Shown here: positions 12,301-26,100 of the stretch, piece after piece
How positions within the stretch are numbered: the stretch's first letter is position 1
How the letters are laid out: each line of letters begins with the position of its first letter
NCBI GenBank assembly: GCA_964035545.1
Contig: OZ037767.1
Coordinates: forward strand, 21,406,628-21,470,627
DNA length: 64,000 nt
DNA from: Bugula neritina
Lineage: Eukaryota; Animalia; Bryozoa
Direction: 5' to 3'
Position numbers and translations under genes: made by a program
Notes under the pieces: generated by a model
The model's database searches: none
What the model saw: only the letters and a program-made list of their open reading frames with translations
What the model was told of the DNA's origin: nothing

Positions 12301-14218
12301 GGTACTGTGATGAGGATACTGTGATGAGGGTACTGTGATGAGGGTACTGTGATGAGGATACTGTGATGAGGGTACTGTGATGAGGGTACTGTGATGAGGG
12401 TAGTGTGATGAGGGTACTATGATGAGGGTAGTGTGATGAGGATACTGTGATGAGGGTATTGTGGTGAGGATACTGTGATGAGGGTAGTGTGATGAGGGTA
12501 CTGTGGTGAAGATACTGTGATGAGGGTAGTGTGATGAGGGTAGTGTGACGAGGGTACTGTGATGAGGATACTGTGATGAGGATACTGTGATGAGGGTACT
12601 GTGATTAGGATACTGCAGAATAGGCTAGTGGACACAATAAACTCTATACTCTATAAGCAGGCAATGTTACAAGCACAGAGCACCATGAAACACCAGACTA
12701 TACTCACAGTGCCTGCCACTTTATTGGTTTCCTAGCAACAGAACAGAACATGTTGATGTGACAGTACACTAGACGTCAGTTTTGGTGAGACAGTGTAATA
12801 ACACTATAATAGTACTTTATATATCTAACCTTGGCCTGTAGTCTCAGATCCAGGAGAAAGCTGTACATGAGTTGATAGTCACAGAAAATTTCGTCACAGA
12901 AGTCATAAGAATTGCCGTTAGTCTGAGAGTGAGTGAGAGCATAGTCCAAGTACGAGGACAGAGTCAGCAAACTGGTTGATACTTGACCCTCAGTTAAATC
13001 TCCTCCGCAACGAGATCTCAGCCACATCTCAAAGGAGTGTCGGAACAATGCGAAGGGCGTCTTCGTACAGCCTAACAAGCAGAGTGAGAACTTAGTCTAG
13101 AATATGAGATATTTAACTCAACAACATGGTTAGTAATTGAGTACTAATCCAACAAGTCTATGAAGCTGGTGGAATTAAAACTAGCAGAATTCACAATTTC
13201 CAATGCTGACGGGTTGTTAGAGTAGAAAAAGCAAAATTTGATAATAAAAATCATATAGAATTATTGTCATATTTTTGAAAATGCATGAAAATGTATTGAA
13301 CCCCACACAACATACAATATGTTACAACTCTACACATAATATTATATATTATATTACAGTACAAGAAGTACTACAACATACATATTACAGTACAAGAAGT
13401 ACTACAACATACATAATACAGCACAGGAAACAATAGAGAATTGCGGCAGCACATGCAGTAAAAGGTCAGCAAGAGCAAACAGCCCAAAATTATGACATAT
13501 AGCTTAAGTTTCTAAAACAGATAACGGGTAGCCTATTATAGTGTCTCTAAGAACGGGGAAAATCTGAGTAGAATTGAGGTAATATGGAGTTATTGTGTGT
13601 TAATTAGCACCCAATATGTGTTGTATTTCAAAGGGTAGAGTGTTGAAGTGTATTGTTTAGGTGCATATGGTGGGTTATCTACTAATCTATCTCAGCTAAC
13701 TCCATTCAGAAGGATAGCGGAGGCCCAGTACACTCATTTGCCTGAGTAAATTCGCAGTTATGCAACACCTATTATGTAATCATTAATCATTTATTGAACA
13801 AAATCAATAGATTACTTTTCTTTATAGAAATGTTAAGAGTTGAATGGTGTATTACGATAATAAGCATTAATTATGTTCTGCAAGCCCTGCACACAGAGTG
13901 GAGTATATCTAACCATACCAAAACTAAACTATAATATAAAATATGATGAGTTGCATTGATGTCTAATAGTGTAAGGTAAGCTAGTATGCATGACTAACCT
14001 GAAGAGGTCCAAGTGACATTGTGGAAGCTACAGTAACTGTTATTCTCGCTGTGCCAAGACAAGAACCTGTTACATTTAATGCAGAGATCTTTTTGGATAG
14101 CATAAGATCCATCTGGATATAGCCCTAGTAATGTTCGATCTGTGAGGGACGGCCAGAGCCACTCCAACCAGTGGCTGGGAGTCAAATATTTAGATAACTC
14201 GGCCCAAATTCTGGTCAT
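9326..14218 (-). CDS. Uncharacterised ~473-aa protein; putative domesticated, inactive tyrosine-recombinase-fold protein with an N-terminal C-x2-C-x13-C-x2-H motif
   Basis: Exons (5'->3') 14218-13999, 13071-12830, 10795-10708, 10396-9774, 9574-9326 (TAG). All GT-AG, phases 1,0,1,0, total 1422 nt. The start ATG is uncertain: an AG acceptor lies immediately upstream, so an upstream exon may exist. Family assignment is inferred from motif resemblance (FEMWLRSRCGG; SYLCAYLYRLLPEHIDYVHMVRVRDL; AYVEYIRPRITRSNDYLLLSSSA). Confidence 0.8.
10903..11480. repeat. 21 bp minisatellite (~27 copies), intronic
   Basis: Unit AGTGCTCTGACAGTAGACACC. It explains the spurious ORFs 10869-11507, 10889-11518 and 10900-11448. 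Confidence 0.95.
11788..12616. repeat. 14 bp minisatellite (~59 copies), intronic
   Basis: Unit GTGATGAGGRTACT with variants. Confidence 0.95.
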
Positions 14219-15389
14219 TCTAAAGGAACGTACAGCTGTGTTACCACGGAAACCATACCAACATTGTAGGTCAAGGTAGAAGAGGTTGAATGGTGAATTA
14301 GTATTAAATATTACAAATACATACACAATAACTGCAGGATGCAGTGTTATAGCAATCTGACTTGACAAGAATGTAGGAGTTTATCAGTCAACTGGTCATG
14401 TGATGTGTGAGTGAGTAAGCTATGAACTATGTGATGATGAGTGTTGAATGAAAGTAGATTAAGACTTTGAGAGTACATGGATGAGTAAACACGATATGGA
14501 TAGACACTACAGTCTTGGAATAGAGCATGATGTCAGAGAATAATGTATTATTCAAAGTAAGACTGATTCATTACTGTGTTGCTATGGTTACCACTACTAA
14601 GAACTTTACTGGTGCCTTAACCTACTCACATCTCCTTCAAACATCCTCCTTGAAAGCTACTCACAATAAATACTGCATATATTACATGTAAACATAATTG
14701 CATAAATAAATACAATGGTATTATATATAAACATAACTGAGTACATACATGTGCATACTGTATGTATTCTTATACAATAAACTCTTCTGAAATAGCCTTG
14801 TGATAGAAACAATGGAAACAGACAAAGATGACAGCCCTAATGGGTCACACCCACGCACAATGTATATAATAAGTTTACATTTTAAGTCTGGTATATTGAT
14901 TTTATCTCATAGTGATAGTTGCCAACAGGTTTGCCACATGTGACCGTGACTTTAATAGAATATGTGTAAACAAGTTAGCAGTAATAGTATATATGTATAT
15001 AGGGTAGCATTGTTGACAAATTACTAATTAAAACTAAGGCAATAATATAAGTCAGAAACAGTAGCAGCAGCATTAAAAGCAGTAGCTTATACTTAAACTA
15101 CGTGTTGCAAGCATTAGTCAAAATCTAAACAGTTCTTTCCTAGTCTGAGTCCCCATTTAAGCTGAACAACTAAACAAGTTATGAAATTGAATGATATGCC
15201 ATTGTCTGAGGGGCTAAGCCTAAAGGAGGACAAATAATTACAAGCAGTGAACATGACTATTTGGCTTAGTCTTACAAGGAGTAGCACTATCAGTTATAGT
15301 TATTACTTAGTCAGTGAGTGTGACACTGTGATTAACACTAATTATGAGTACAGGCATTACTATAATTTACTGATACTTTTAGCCATTAA

Positions 15390-16157
15390 AGGATTGCTCT
15401 ATCTTAGTTTATTACAATCACATTATAATTATGAACTATAATCTAATGTGTATGCAAACAATTGTGACTTTGCAAAGGGATATATGCCTAGAAAACAGCT
15501 TTTCAAAATTCCAATTTTGAGGGAGGTAAAATTTTCAGCCATGAAAAAGAATAGCCTAATACGTGACGTGTGAACGCCAGTAACTATGCTGCACGTGCTA
15601 ACTATAACGCTAGTATTCAAGGTTGCTGAGCGCAACATCAACCAATAACGCTCAAGCAGTTACAGTGCGCTATATAGGTCAGCTTTGGTGCGCCCGTAAT
15701 ATTGCACAATCTGACCTAGTTTAGATCGATCGCAGGCATTCATCCTAAAGAATGCATGTTTTTGCAATGCTTTTTTCTATGTTTACAAGCAAAATATGGC
15801 CTAATGTTATCACATACATGTTATTTAACATGTCAAAAAACTATAGATTGAGATAATTCACATTTGCACTTCTATTAATATACAAATTACGAGCTGAAAG
15901 ATCACATCTCACAGTCATATTTCTATAGTTATTCATTTGTATAGTCACGTGACCAGCAGGAATGCTGGCGCTGTTACGTCACATTTCCCAGCTCATTTCA
16001 AAATCGGCGTTTTGGCTGTTACCAATCTACACCCTCAACTTCAACTAACTTTTTCTACCTTTGGTCAAATGCTTTTTGTCAATGCATGCTTAGAAAAACA
16101 CAATATTATGTGTGTTTGACCTAAATGGCCATTTATTAGACAAGATAGAGCAATCCT
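15390..16157. mobile_element. Kolobok-like non-autonomous DNA transposon
   Basis: Perfect 16-bp TIR AGGATTGCTCTATCTT / AAGATAGAGCAATCCT, flanked by TTAA at 15386-15389 and 16158-16161. TTAA TSD with purine-starting (AG) termini fits Kolobok rather than piggyBac (CC termini). No transposase ORF. Confidence 0.82.
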
Positions 16158-16419
16158 TTAAGCTTAGAGTTAATTATGACACATTGATTTTAGATTACAT
16201 GAGCTGCCACCAACTAATCTAATGCTTACATTTGCAGTAAGTTTGTGAACATACATATTTCAATTTAAAGTTGTATTTTCAAATATCTGATAATGATGCT
16301 ACCTACTCTAAAAGATAAAACTGCAAAAGATACATTGATTGTATTGATACACCCGACATCTTTCACTTACAGTTAAACTATAAAGTTGTAATTGGCTTTT
16401 AATAATTAATCACTTAAAA

Positions 16420-17470
16420 ACACGTATTACTACTAATACAAATATGAGTATCAGTATTACCATCAAACTAGGTGTGAGTATTAGTATAGTGGCATAATCA
16501 TAATCAGTTATTTTATTGATGGTCATAATTTGATACTATGATTATATTATTTATTTATTTATTGTGATTATCCTTATGAATGTCGTTCTAGGACATTAGT
16601 GAGTTATCATCAGACATGTAAATGTTTACCAGTACTTTTACAATTTAAGTTCACCACTTTAACTTGAAGTTTATGTACTTGTACTAAGCTTATCATTTTA
16701 AGTTTTATGATGATGATCATCATTTTAAATATCATAACCGCCGGCATCACTATTAGCATCATTATTATACAGTATTAATAATAATGATAAAATTCAGAAT
16801 TAAATTTGATACTAATCATAGCCATGATGATAACCATGATAAATAACTTCAAGTTGAACTTTTACTTTTAGAGACATATATATTAATATTTAGTTTTATT
16901 AAGTTTAACCTTTAGTTTTACATTGAGTTTAACATCATGATTATCATAATTATTACTATTAGTCATTATGATTATTATTTGACTAAAATTGTGAATGTTA
17001 ATCGTAACCATAATGATAATTATCATCATTATCATTGCAATTAATTTAAAATTTAATGAGTTATACCTATGCCTAGCTCCATGGTAACCAATATCACTAT
17101 TAGTATTAGTATTACTATTAGTTTTAGTATTACTATTAGTATTACTAATATTATTAATATTAGTAATACTTATACTATTAATATTAACTAATACTATTAT
17201 TATTAAGTACCTATACTACTACTAGTATTGCCTGTATTGGGTACTTACTTTTACTCTTATTCTTAGTCTTATCACTATCAGTTTCAGTTAGCATTAATTA
17301 TCAATATTAGTATGGGTATGATATTTCATACGATTATAATTATGACTAGTATTATGATTATAATTATCATCATGACTATCAATATCATTAATTCATTATT
17401 AAGAATAAGACATTATCATTTATTCATTATGATTATGTTAGTGTTACTGTTGGAATTTTATTAATTATTT
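16420..17470. repeat. Low-complexity AT-rich region (degenerate ATT/AGT/ATC trinucleotide arrays)
   Basis: Runs such as TATTAGTATTAGTATTACTATTAG and ATTATCATCATTATC. Confidence 0.6.
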
Positions 17471-20187
17471 ATTCTACAGAGTATTCAACTTTAGTCTTTA
17501 CTACTATAACAGCAAACATATTTAACAATTGCTATGCCTATACGTGCTGCTGAGCTGAATAGCTAAGCTTAATGAGATGTATTTAAATATTCTACTGCCC
17601 AATGAACTGGAAATGATATTTCTAGTTCGGTGCTGCTGCCTATTCAATGAAACATTTTCATTTTGACTTCACTGATTAACCACGCCTACTTATAGTTTCG
17701 CTTCTTTTCTTTCAAAAGAGAAGTGAACTCCGAATCTTAGAGAAACTAATCGCTTGTCCCATCACTCGTTTTAAGGCCCTTTTGAGCCCAATCTGCAGCA
17801 CAACTATACAAGGGCGGCAGTCGGCACGCTGATAGTTTTTGAATATTAACAGTTATGCAAGAAAGTGGTAGCCACTAGCCAGTAGTCAAAATTTGAAGAA
17901 AATGGTGGTGTATCATGGAAACTTAGCACCAATCTTAGAGTCGTAGGTGCTACAAGCCCTCAGGCATTTCACTCTCATGAAGTGAGACGCTAGAACAAGA
18001 TAATATTCTGCCATTCCCATTGCTTCGGATTGCGTAAATAAATTTTTCGCATTCAATGTCTGGGAACGCAGTGCATACACCAGCCTTCTGAACAATAAAA
18101 ATATTTTTGTTACTTTATTTCAAGCTATAATTTAAAATTATCTTTAAGGCAAAATACAGTAGAAAAAGGATAAGTCTACATATCAAGTTGAGAAATTATT
18201 CAACTGTCAGTTTTGAAAATAAATCATTAAATATAGTCATTTGTGGGTTGTATCTGCGCAATCTAAGGCTTTTCATATAGTTTATTACCTCACCTATCTC
18301 CGCTTTGTCCTGTTCGGACATATCATATAGTGCATCTTATATATTGCATAGTGTATATTATAATATATTACATCATGTATATTATTTATTGTATAACTTA
18401 TATATTATATGTATTTGACTTTTCTAAAACAAAGCATTTAATAGACGTCACAAAAGAGTGTGGAAAAGTAAAGAGCTAAGAATAGAAACTAAGCAATTTA
18501 GAAACTGGCTACCTTACTATAATATAATATGGGTATATAATTATGAATTACTTGTAAACATCACATTGGAATTTTTAAGTGATTTCATTGACATTGTCTC
18601 CAAACTATCCCCCGGATAAAATGATAGGACCATGTCTCTAGTCCATGTGATGGTGCTGGAAAAGTCAAAGCTACATCAAATTGCTGTTGCTAAAATATCA
18701 ACTGTGTTGGGTTGCTTATCTTTTTAGGATAGAATCGTATTGTTTGCGTTAAATTCGTTACAAGTAAGAAAACTTACATTTGCCTCAAAAAAAAAAGATT
18801 TATAAAGACTTTAACTCAAATGTTTTTAAAAACCCTATATGTTCGCCACCTCAGTTGGACTGAACTGCAGCTTTTAATTACGCCACTTGGCAAACAACCA
18901 TTCGCCATGCAGTGTCAGCATTGGTGTCAAATTGTAAAACTATTGCTGCTGAAAAACTATTTGAATTCTAAAAAAACCCTGGACTTTCACAATGAACATA
19001 GACCCATCATATCACTGTGTTAACTGTGCTTGTGCATCTGCTAGCTAGCAAACAATGAGCTTGCCAAAACTTGAATTAAACTGTCTTATGTTTATATCCA
19101 CACTTTTTGCTCCTCTACTTTTTTCACAACAGATTTTTGCTTTCATCGCATTTTCTTGTGTATAATTTTTCTACTATAACTTTGAGTATGAAGTTTTACC
19201 ATACTATACTGTTGTATGATATATGATATATATAATACACATATCACGCAATATACAATACGTATATACGTATTACGTATATAAACGTATATACAATATA
19301 TAGTATATATATACTATATATTGTATATACGTTATGTATTATGTACTGTATATTATATATATCGTATATTATATAAGATATAATGAGCTGTCAATTGCAG
19401 AAGTGGAGTTAATATCAGATTTTACTATTAAATATGCACTTAACTTATTAGCTATGGCATGTACTTTTAATGCATTTTAACATTAATCAAAATAATATAT
19501 AAACTGAAATGATAAAATTGTCTATATCATATATTTTTATAAGAGATATTATATATGCGGTTAATGTATATAATACAATCAGTACATGTTGTTTCATACA
19601 GTTTGCACACAAACAATATAAAAAACATCCATATGATTGAATGAACAATATTATTTGAATTATTGAATTATGCATAAAAAGTCATTATATAAGTTAAAAT
19701 TGCAAAAAGTTTCCTTGTTTATATTATACCTCTGTACACCTTTTTATACTCCTATTCACTTACGTAGATATCAAAATGCAGTATCAAAATAATAAAAACA
19801 AAATGCTATTCATGGTAAAAATTTACAGAAAATTTACCAGAAAACCACTTTTCAACAGTAACAGCTTTTAACTGATACTCAACAATAATATTATAATAAT
19901 AAACATATATAAATGGATAAAATTAATGCTTTAGGAAAAGAATATACTGCCTATATATACAAGTAGCAAGGGTAGAAAAATATCAGAAGTATCTGTTTTA
20001 TTGCATCATAGAAAATGTGGTGAATACGTATAAGTAGCTGTTAATTTTCTGGTTAGACATGATTTTTAAATATTATAAAAGAATAACTGTATTGGCAAAA
20101 CTCTGATGAGACTTGGAGTTGCTTATCCTCGCCATCATAGTCCTTATTATAACTAGTCAGCAGTGCATAGGCGGGACAAGGGGCGCT

Positions 20188-23100
20188 TCACATGAGAATT
20201 GTGTGTGTATCGTCAGCACTAGTTATACTAATCTTTGGCAGCCTAAATGGAGAGGCAGCTGGTGAGTTGTCGGCAGGCATCACAGAGTTCTCCTCACTAC
20301 TAACACCATCGGTAGCAGTAAGAGCAGCAGTTGTGACCTCAGCCAGTGCTCCAGTGCAACTGCCTGATTGGTCACTGACAGGGGAGGAAATCACACCGTT
20401 TTGGTCAAGTGCGGAGCGCGACATACACTCATTTTCTTCTCGGGTGATGAGACCGTTGGACTCCAACTGGGCAGGAAGTGATGTCACGACAGCAGTTGGC
20501 GGCGCAAAGCTGACACCAGTCTTGCAGGTTTCATCTTCTATAATCAGTTCAGTCTCTTGACGTAAAACTGGTGCTACTTTTTTAATGTCATGACAACCGT
20601 ATGCCATCTTATCATCGTTGCCATAATGACCATCTGCTGGAGGGATGTGGCGGTGAGGGAGGTCATTACTTCCAGGACTATCTTTCTCACTGATGTTTCC
20701 ACTATCATTTTCACCGCTGCTACTGGTGCTGTCATTTTCACCGCAGCTGCCTTCATCATCTTCGAATGCGGAATTGCTGTGACCTTGCGTGGCCTCTGTC
20801 ATCCTTTTGCCAGTCTCAACTTTACCCACATCTTGTTTGCTGCTCTGGTCAACTATGATTACACCGCTGTCAGTTCTATTGAATGCTGACTTGCTAGAAT
20901 TGGGGGCTGTGGTGTTGGACTGATTGTCTGCCGGTCTTTCTGTCTCAGATTCTGTAGTCTCATCTATTACTGTGTGGCGCTGGGCTCTGAGGGCAGCCTC
21001 CGCTAAGATGGGAGGTTCGTCATACACCTCAAACTCTATGTTAGACACTGACCCCGCCTATCAAATATACCAAGAGCATTTGCACGTGAGATGTGTATGC
21101 TAGAATAACAGTGACTGAACTAGAGTAGTAGCGACTAAACTAGAGTAGGAGTGACTGAACTAGAGTAGGAGTGACTGGACTAGAGTAGGAGTGACTGAAC
21201 TAGAGTAGTAGTGACTGAATTAGAGCAGTAGTGGCTGAATAGTAGTGGCTAGAGTAGTAGTGACTAGACTAGAGTAGTGTTGACGCAGAAATGCATTTGC
21301 TAAAGAATGAATGCAATTTAGACATACGAATACGCAGCAGACCCAAGTTTACATTGCTGGAATAAACTGGCAGCACCAAAATCTAACTCTAGTCTGAAGC
21401 ACGCAAAATCAAACCCAATCTGAATGCATTCAGCTCACGATTAAAACCTGCATGACATTGCCTTGAAGTACACAGCATCATGCAAATGTCACTCAGCTTT
21501 GTTGAAAATAATTACTTGCTGGCAGAACTGCGCGGATTAAACATGAGAACACAGGCTAAACTACTGAAACTCTTGATGCAGTGGAGAGAGCCAGGATCAG
21601 AGTGAAGAACTATGACATACATTCACTTGATTAACAATGGTCTGATTTTATGTAATAATAGTTTAGGTCTGTAGGTTTGAAAATCAAGGGTCAAAATTAC
21701 TAACCAACAAAATGATTTTCTACGGAGCTGTTGTTAAGAGATGAGAGTAGCGCATATAGTGGATACTAGTAGAAGCAATAATAAACTTAGTAGTAGATAT
21801 AGTGATGGATAGTTGTAGTATGTGGCCTATAGATATTGGACTGTATATTCTCACCAAAAGCACCATGCATTGCGATCAATCTTACAACACAACTGTTAAG
21901 CTACTGGAAGGGAAGAAAACTCAAACAAATAACCCATATTTCTACCAAGTACCTATACATCAATGTCATCAACCTCTTCCTCAACCTTCAACAGCCCCAC
22001 AACAACTTTACAGCAGGTAAATATGTGTCTATATACTATGATACAATATGTAATGCAGATATGTATCAAGCTAGCATGACACCTGGGACACGATATAATA
22101 TAGTATGATTTGTAATATGATATGTGATATGTACTGCGTTTCCATTGCTTCGAATGAATTCGTACCACGGTGCTTGTACGCATGGATTTGTGGTTGCGGT
22201 TTGCATTAAGTTATGATTGTGGTTTCATTCGATGCAACTGTTTCCAAACATCAAATGAAAAATCCATTCGGACAATACAAAACAATGGACTCACAGTGAT
22301 TATGCATGATGTGGTGCAGATATGATGCAGGTATGTAGCGGATAGGATGTAGCTCACACGGAACTCACCTGAGAAATCTTCCCAGAGCCAAACCTCTTTT
22401 TCTTCAGCTCAGATAAGCCGTCTCGAACTTTCTTAGAAATTCGGGTGAGTCCACCGGCATCACTGGCAGCTCTCTGTCTGAACTGTGAGCTGCCGGATTC
22501 TGATTGAACAGCTGCCACCTGCTTGAGGTCGTGACACATCGTCTCATCACCGATCATAGACGGTCTCCTTGACCTGTTGTATCCGGTAACGTTGAGTTTG
22601 TTAAGACTGGAGCAGGAGACACTGTGAATGTAATATAAGATACAATGTAATATAAGATACAGCACAATATAATATAATATACCATAATATAATATTAAAA
22701 TACAATATAAGATACAATATAATATAAGATACGATGCAATGCAATACAAGATATATGATATAGGATATAATACACTGTAAGATATAATATAAACATAATA
22801 TTTCATATAATAGTAAAACATAATATGGGATATATGTTATATAATACTCAATATAATGTACAATATAATCTATAATATAATAACGTATATAATATAGTAG
22901 TGTAATATTAAATATAAGGGTGTACTATAAAATGTAATAGAATATTTAATATCATATATACTATATTAGTATAATATAATATATACTATAGCTAAATAAT
23001 ATGTAGTAAAATATATAATGAAACAGTGCTATATAACACGTAACATAATAGTAGAGTAATGCCATGTATAATAAAAGTGCAAACTGTAAACTGTAACAAA

Positions 23101-26100
23101 ATTTATAATATAATAGCAAAAATATAGTAACATTTTAATGTAACATAATATAATATATATTATGATGTGAATATATTCCAAAGTGGAGCACAATGATATT
23201 ATAAGTGTACAAACTATTGTTAAGGAATGCACAGCTATTAGTGTCTCATATTGTATTGTATTACACATAATGTACTGCACACACTGTATTATAATACGTA
23301 GTATTACACACGATGTTTTACACACAGTATATTATAATAATATATAGTATTACACACACTGCACTAGACACACTACATTACACATATTGTATTACACACA
23401 GTATCACACATATTGTATTATACACACTGTATTATACACACTGTGTATTACACACGTGTCTATACATACTCATCATTTGCTTGGCTGGATGAAGCAGTGA
23501 GCTTAGACTTACGGCTAAAGTCAAAATGTCTGTAGTAGTTGATAATAAGTGAAACAGCTAAAGAATTTGCCTGAACAATACAGGAACTCTAACTAATCGT
23601 TTATTTTACTTTGAACTATAAACATCAATTTTACTAATATAACCATTTATCTAAACAATTCTTGTGAACTTTAAACTACGTGGCTTTAAACTTAATTTCA
23701 CCTAAATTTTTAACGAAATGCAGCCAGTCCTTCACAAGTTTCAATTCAACTTGTTCTATTAATTAAGTCAAGTTAGTGCTTTAGGCAAGTTGGTTTTTGT
23801 CAATTATTTTTAAACATTTGAGTTTTGAATATATTGCGCGTGTAACCAGCAACTTTTATTTATTATATAGAAGCCATAAAGGTAGGTAGGGTAGTAGAGG
23901 GTAGGATAGTAGAGGGTAGGGTAGTTGAGAATATTTATAAACAATGAGTAACCTATAATAGTTACTACGTTACGCTCTACTTACACTCTATCTACCACCA
24001 CATAGAACACAGTACAGAGATAACAGACGTGAAGGAAGCAAGAAAAAGATTAAATGGAAAAAGGTTCCGACCAAAAATAAAGTGCATTGGCACTGCAATG
24101 TGGGCTAACATTGACTGTTATAATATGTAGATCTAAATGATACAACAATCAACAGCTATGTAATAGAGCTATCTACTTGTGTCAAACTCTCCAAATTTAT
24201 ATTAGCGTTGGTTAGTATGATGTTGCTTTGTAACCCAGCAACCTACCAAACCGTGCCTGTATGAACAGCTATCTTTGGAACTAGGAGACAAACCAATAAC
24301 TGCATGCAGACCTACATAGTGTGACTATACAAAGCTAACCTATGCAGTGTGACTATACAAAACTATCCTACACCATGTGACCACACAAAGTTTATTTATA
24401 CCACGTGACATTACAAAGCTAGCATACAAATACCATACAGACATATAGGATACATATCATACAAAGATAACTTATATATAGTGTGACCAAACAAAGCTAG
24501 CTTATACAGTGTGACCATACAAAGCTGGCTTATACAGTGTGACCATACAAAGCTAGCTTATACAGTGTGGCCATACAAAGCTAACTTATACAGTGTTACC
24601 AGACAAAGCTAGCTTACACAGTGTGACCACATAAAACTAGCTTATACAGTGTTACCATACAAAGCTAGCTTATACAGTGTGACCATACAAAGATAACTTA
24701 TACAGTGTGACCATACAAAGCTAACTTATACAGTGTTACCACACAAAGCTAGCTTATACAGTGTGACCATACAAAGATAACTTATACAGTGTGACCATAC
24801 AAAGCTAACTTACGTGGCTATTTTTGTGTTTATGTGCAAGAGCTGAGCCATCATATTTTTGAGACCAGCTTTAGTTGAAGAGACGGAGGTTTTACTCAGC
24901 ACCTGTGCCGAAACAATCTCCTGCTCATCAGCACCGTAACTCTTAGCCAAACCTCTCAACCTCTTCACTTCGGCCTGCAGATCTGCGGTTTCCAGCGCAT
25001 ACTGCCTGTATTTCAATACATTATTATAATGAGTATGAAAACTTGCAGTGTTTACAGTCACTAGCCCTGTGAGAACATCATAATAATTATTATAATTCAC
25101 ACTATAATATAGTATTGTGTTATTTACAGTATAAAGTAGGTTTTATATCATAATACACAGTATATACTATTTTGAGATACCAACTAACTTGTTTTTATCC
25201 TCAGCAAGTTTTTTGGATTTTCTCAAGACTCGTAGTCTGAACATCGTCCTAGCTCTCGAGGTAAGCACCATCGCTGTAAAGTAAATATGATGTACAGTAA
25301 ATACCATATGATATGCTGTATAGTAGCTATTATATTATATGCTGTAGCCTATAGTAAATATACTATATTAAATGTTGTATAGTAAATAGTATATTAAATA
25401 CTGCACAGTAAATCATGTGTTATTGCGTATATACTGTACAGTGAATGTTATTGTGTATATACTGTACAGTGAATGTTATTGTGTATATACTATACAGTGA
25501 ATGTTATTGTGTATATACTGTACAGTGAATGTTATTGTGTATATACTATACAGTGAATGTTATTGTGTATATACTGTACAGTGAATGTTATTGTGTATAT
25601 ACTATACAGTGAATGTTATTGTGTATATACTGTACAGTGAATGTTATTGTGTATATACTATACAGTGAATGTTATTGTGTATATACTGTACAGTGAATGT
25701 TATTGTGTATATACTATACAGTGAATGTTATTGTGTATATACTGTACAGTGAATGTTATTGTGTATATACTATACAGTGAATGTTATTGAGTATATACTG
25801 TACAGTGAATGTTATTGTGTATATACTATACAGTGAACGTTATTGTGTATATAATGTGCTAGTAAACATACGCTCACCATTCAATATTCTGATGACCCTC
25901 CAAATAAGAAAAACTATGAGCACTGTTTGACCAAATCCTTGAGTGAAGTTAACATCAGTGACTGCCCAGTCCAATGAGAAAGATATTATGATGACAATGC
26001 CGTCTATTACCTGCATTATGTAATATATTATAATGACAATACCTTCTATTACATATTTTATGTAATATATTATGATGACAATACCATATGTTATAAGCTG

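Noticed and set aside
17565-18150. Possible second TTAA-flanked DNA transposon (also ~5600-6245)
   Set aside because: The composition looks element-like, but I could not find convincing matching TIRs or TSDs.
20192-20889. Plus-strand ORFs overlapping the last Hv exon (likewise 9333-9734 and 10062-10400)
   Set aside because: Antisense shadows of real coding exons.
24247-24280. Possible Hv micro-exon between AG and GT sites
   Set aside because: Its 34-nt length is incompatible with the flanking phase-2 junctions.
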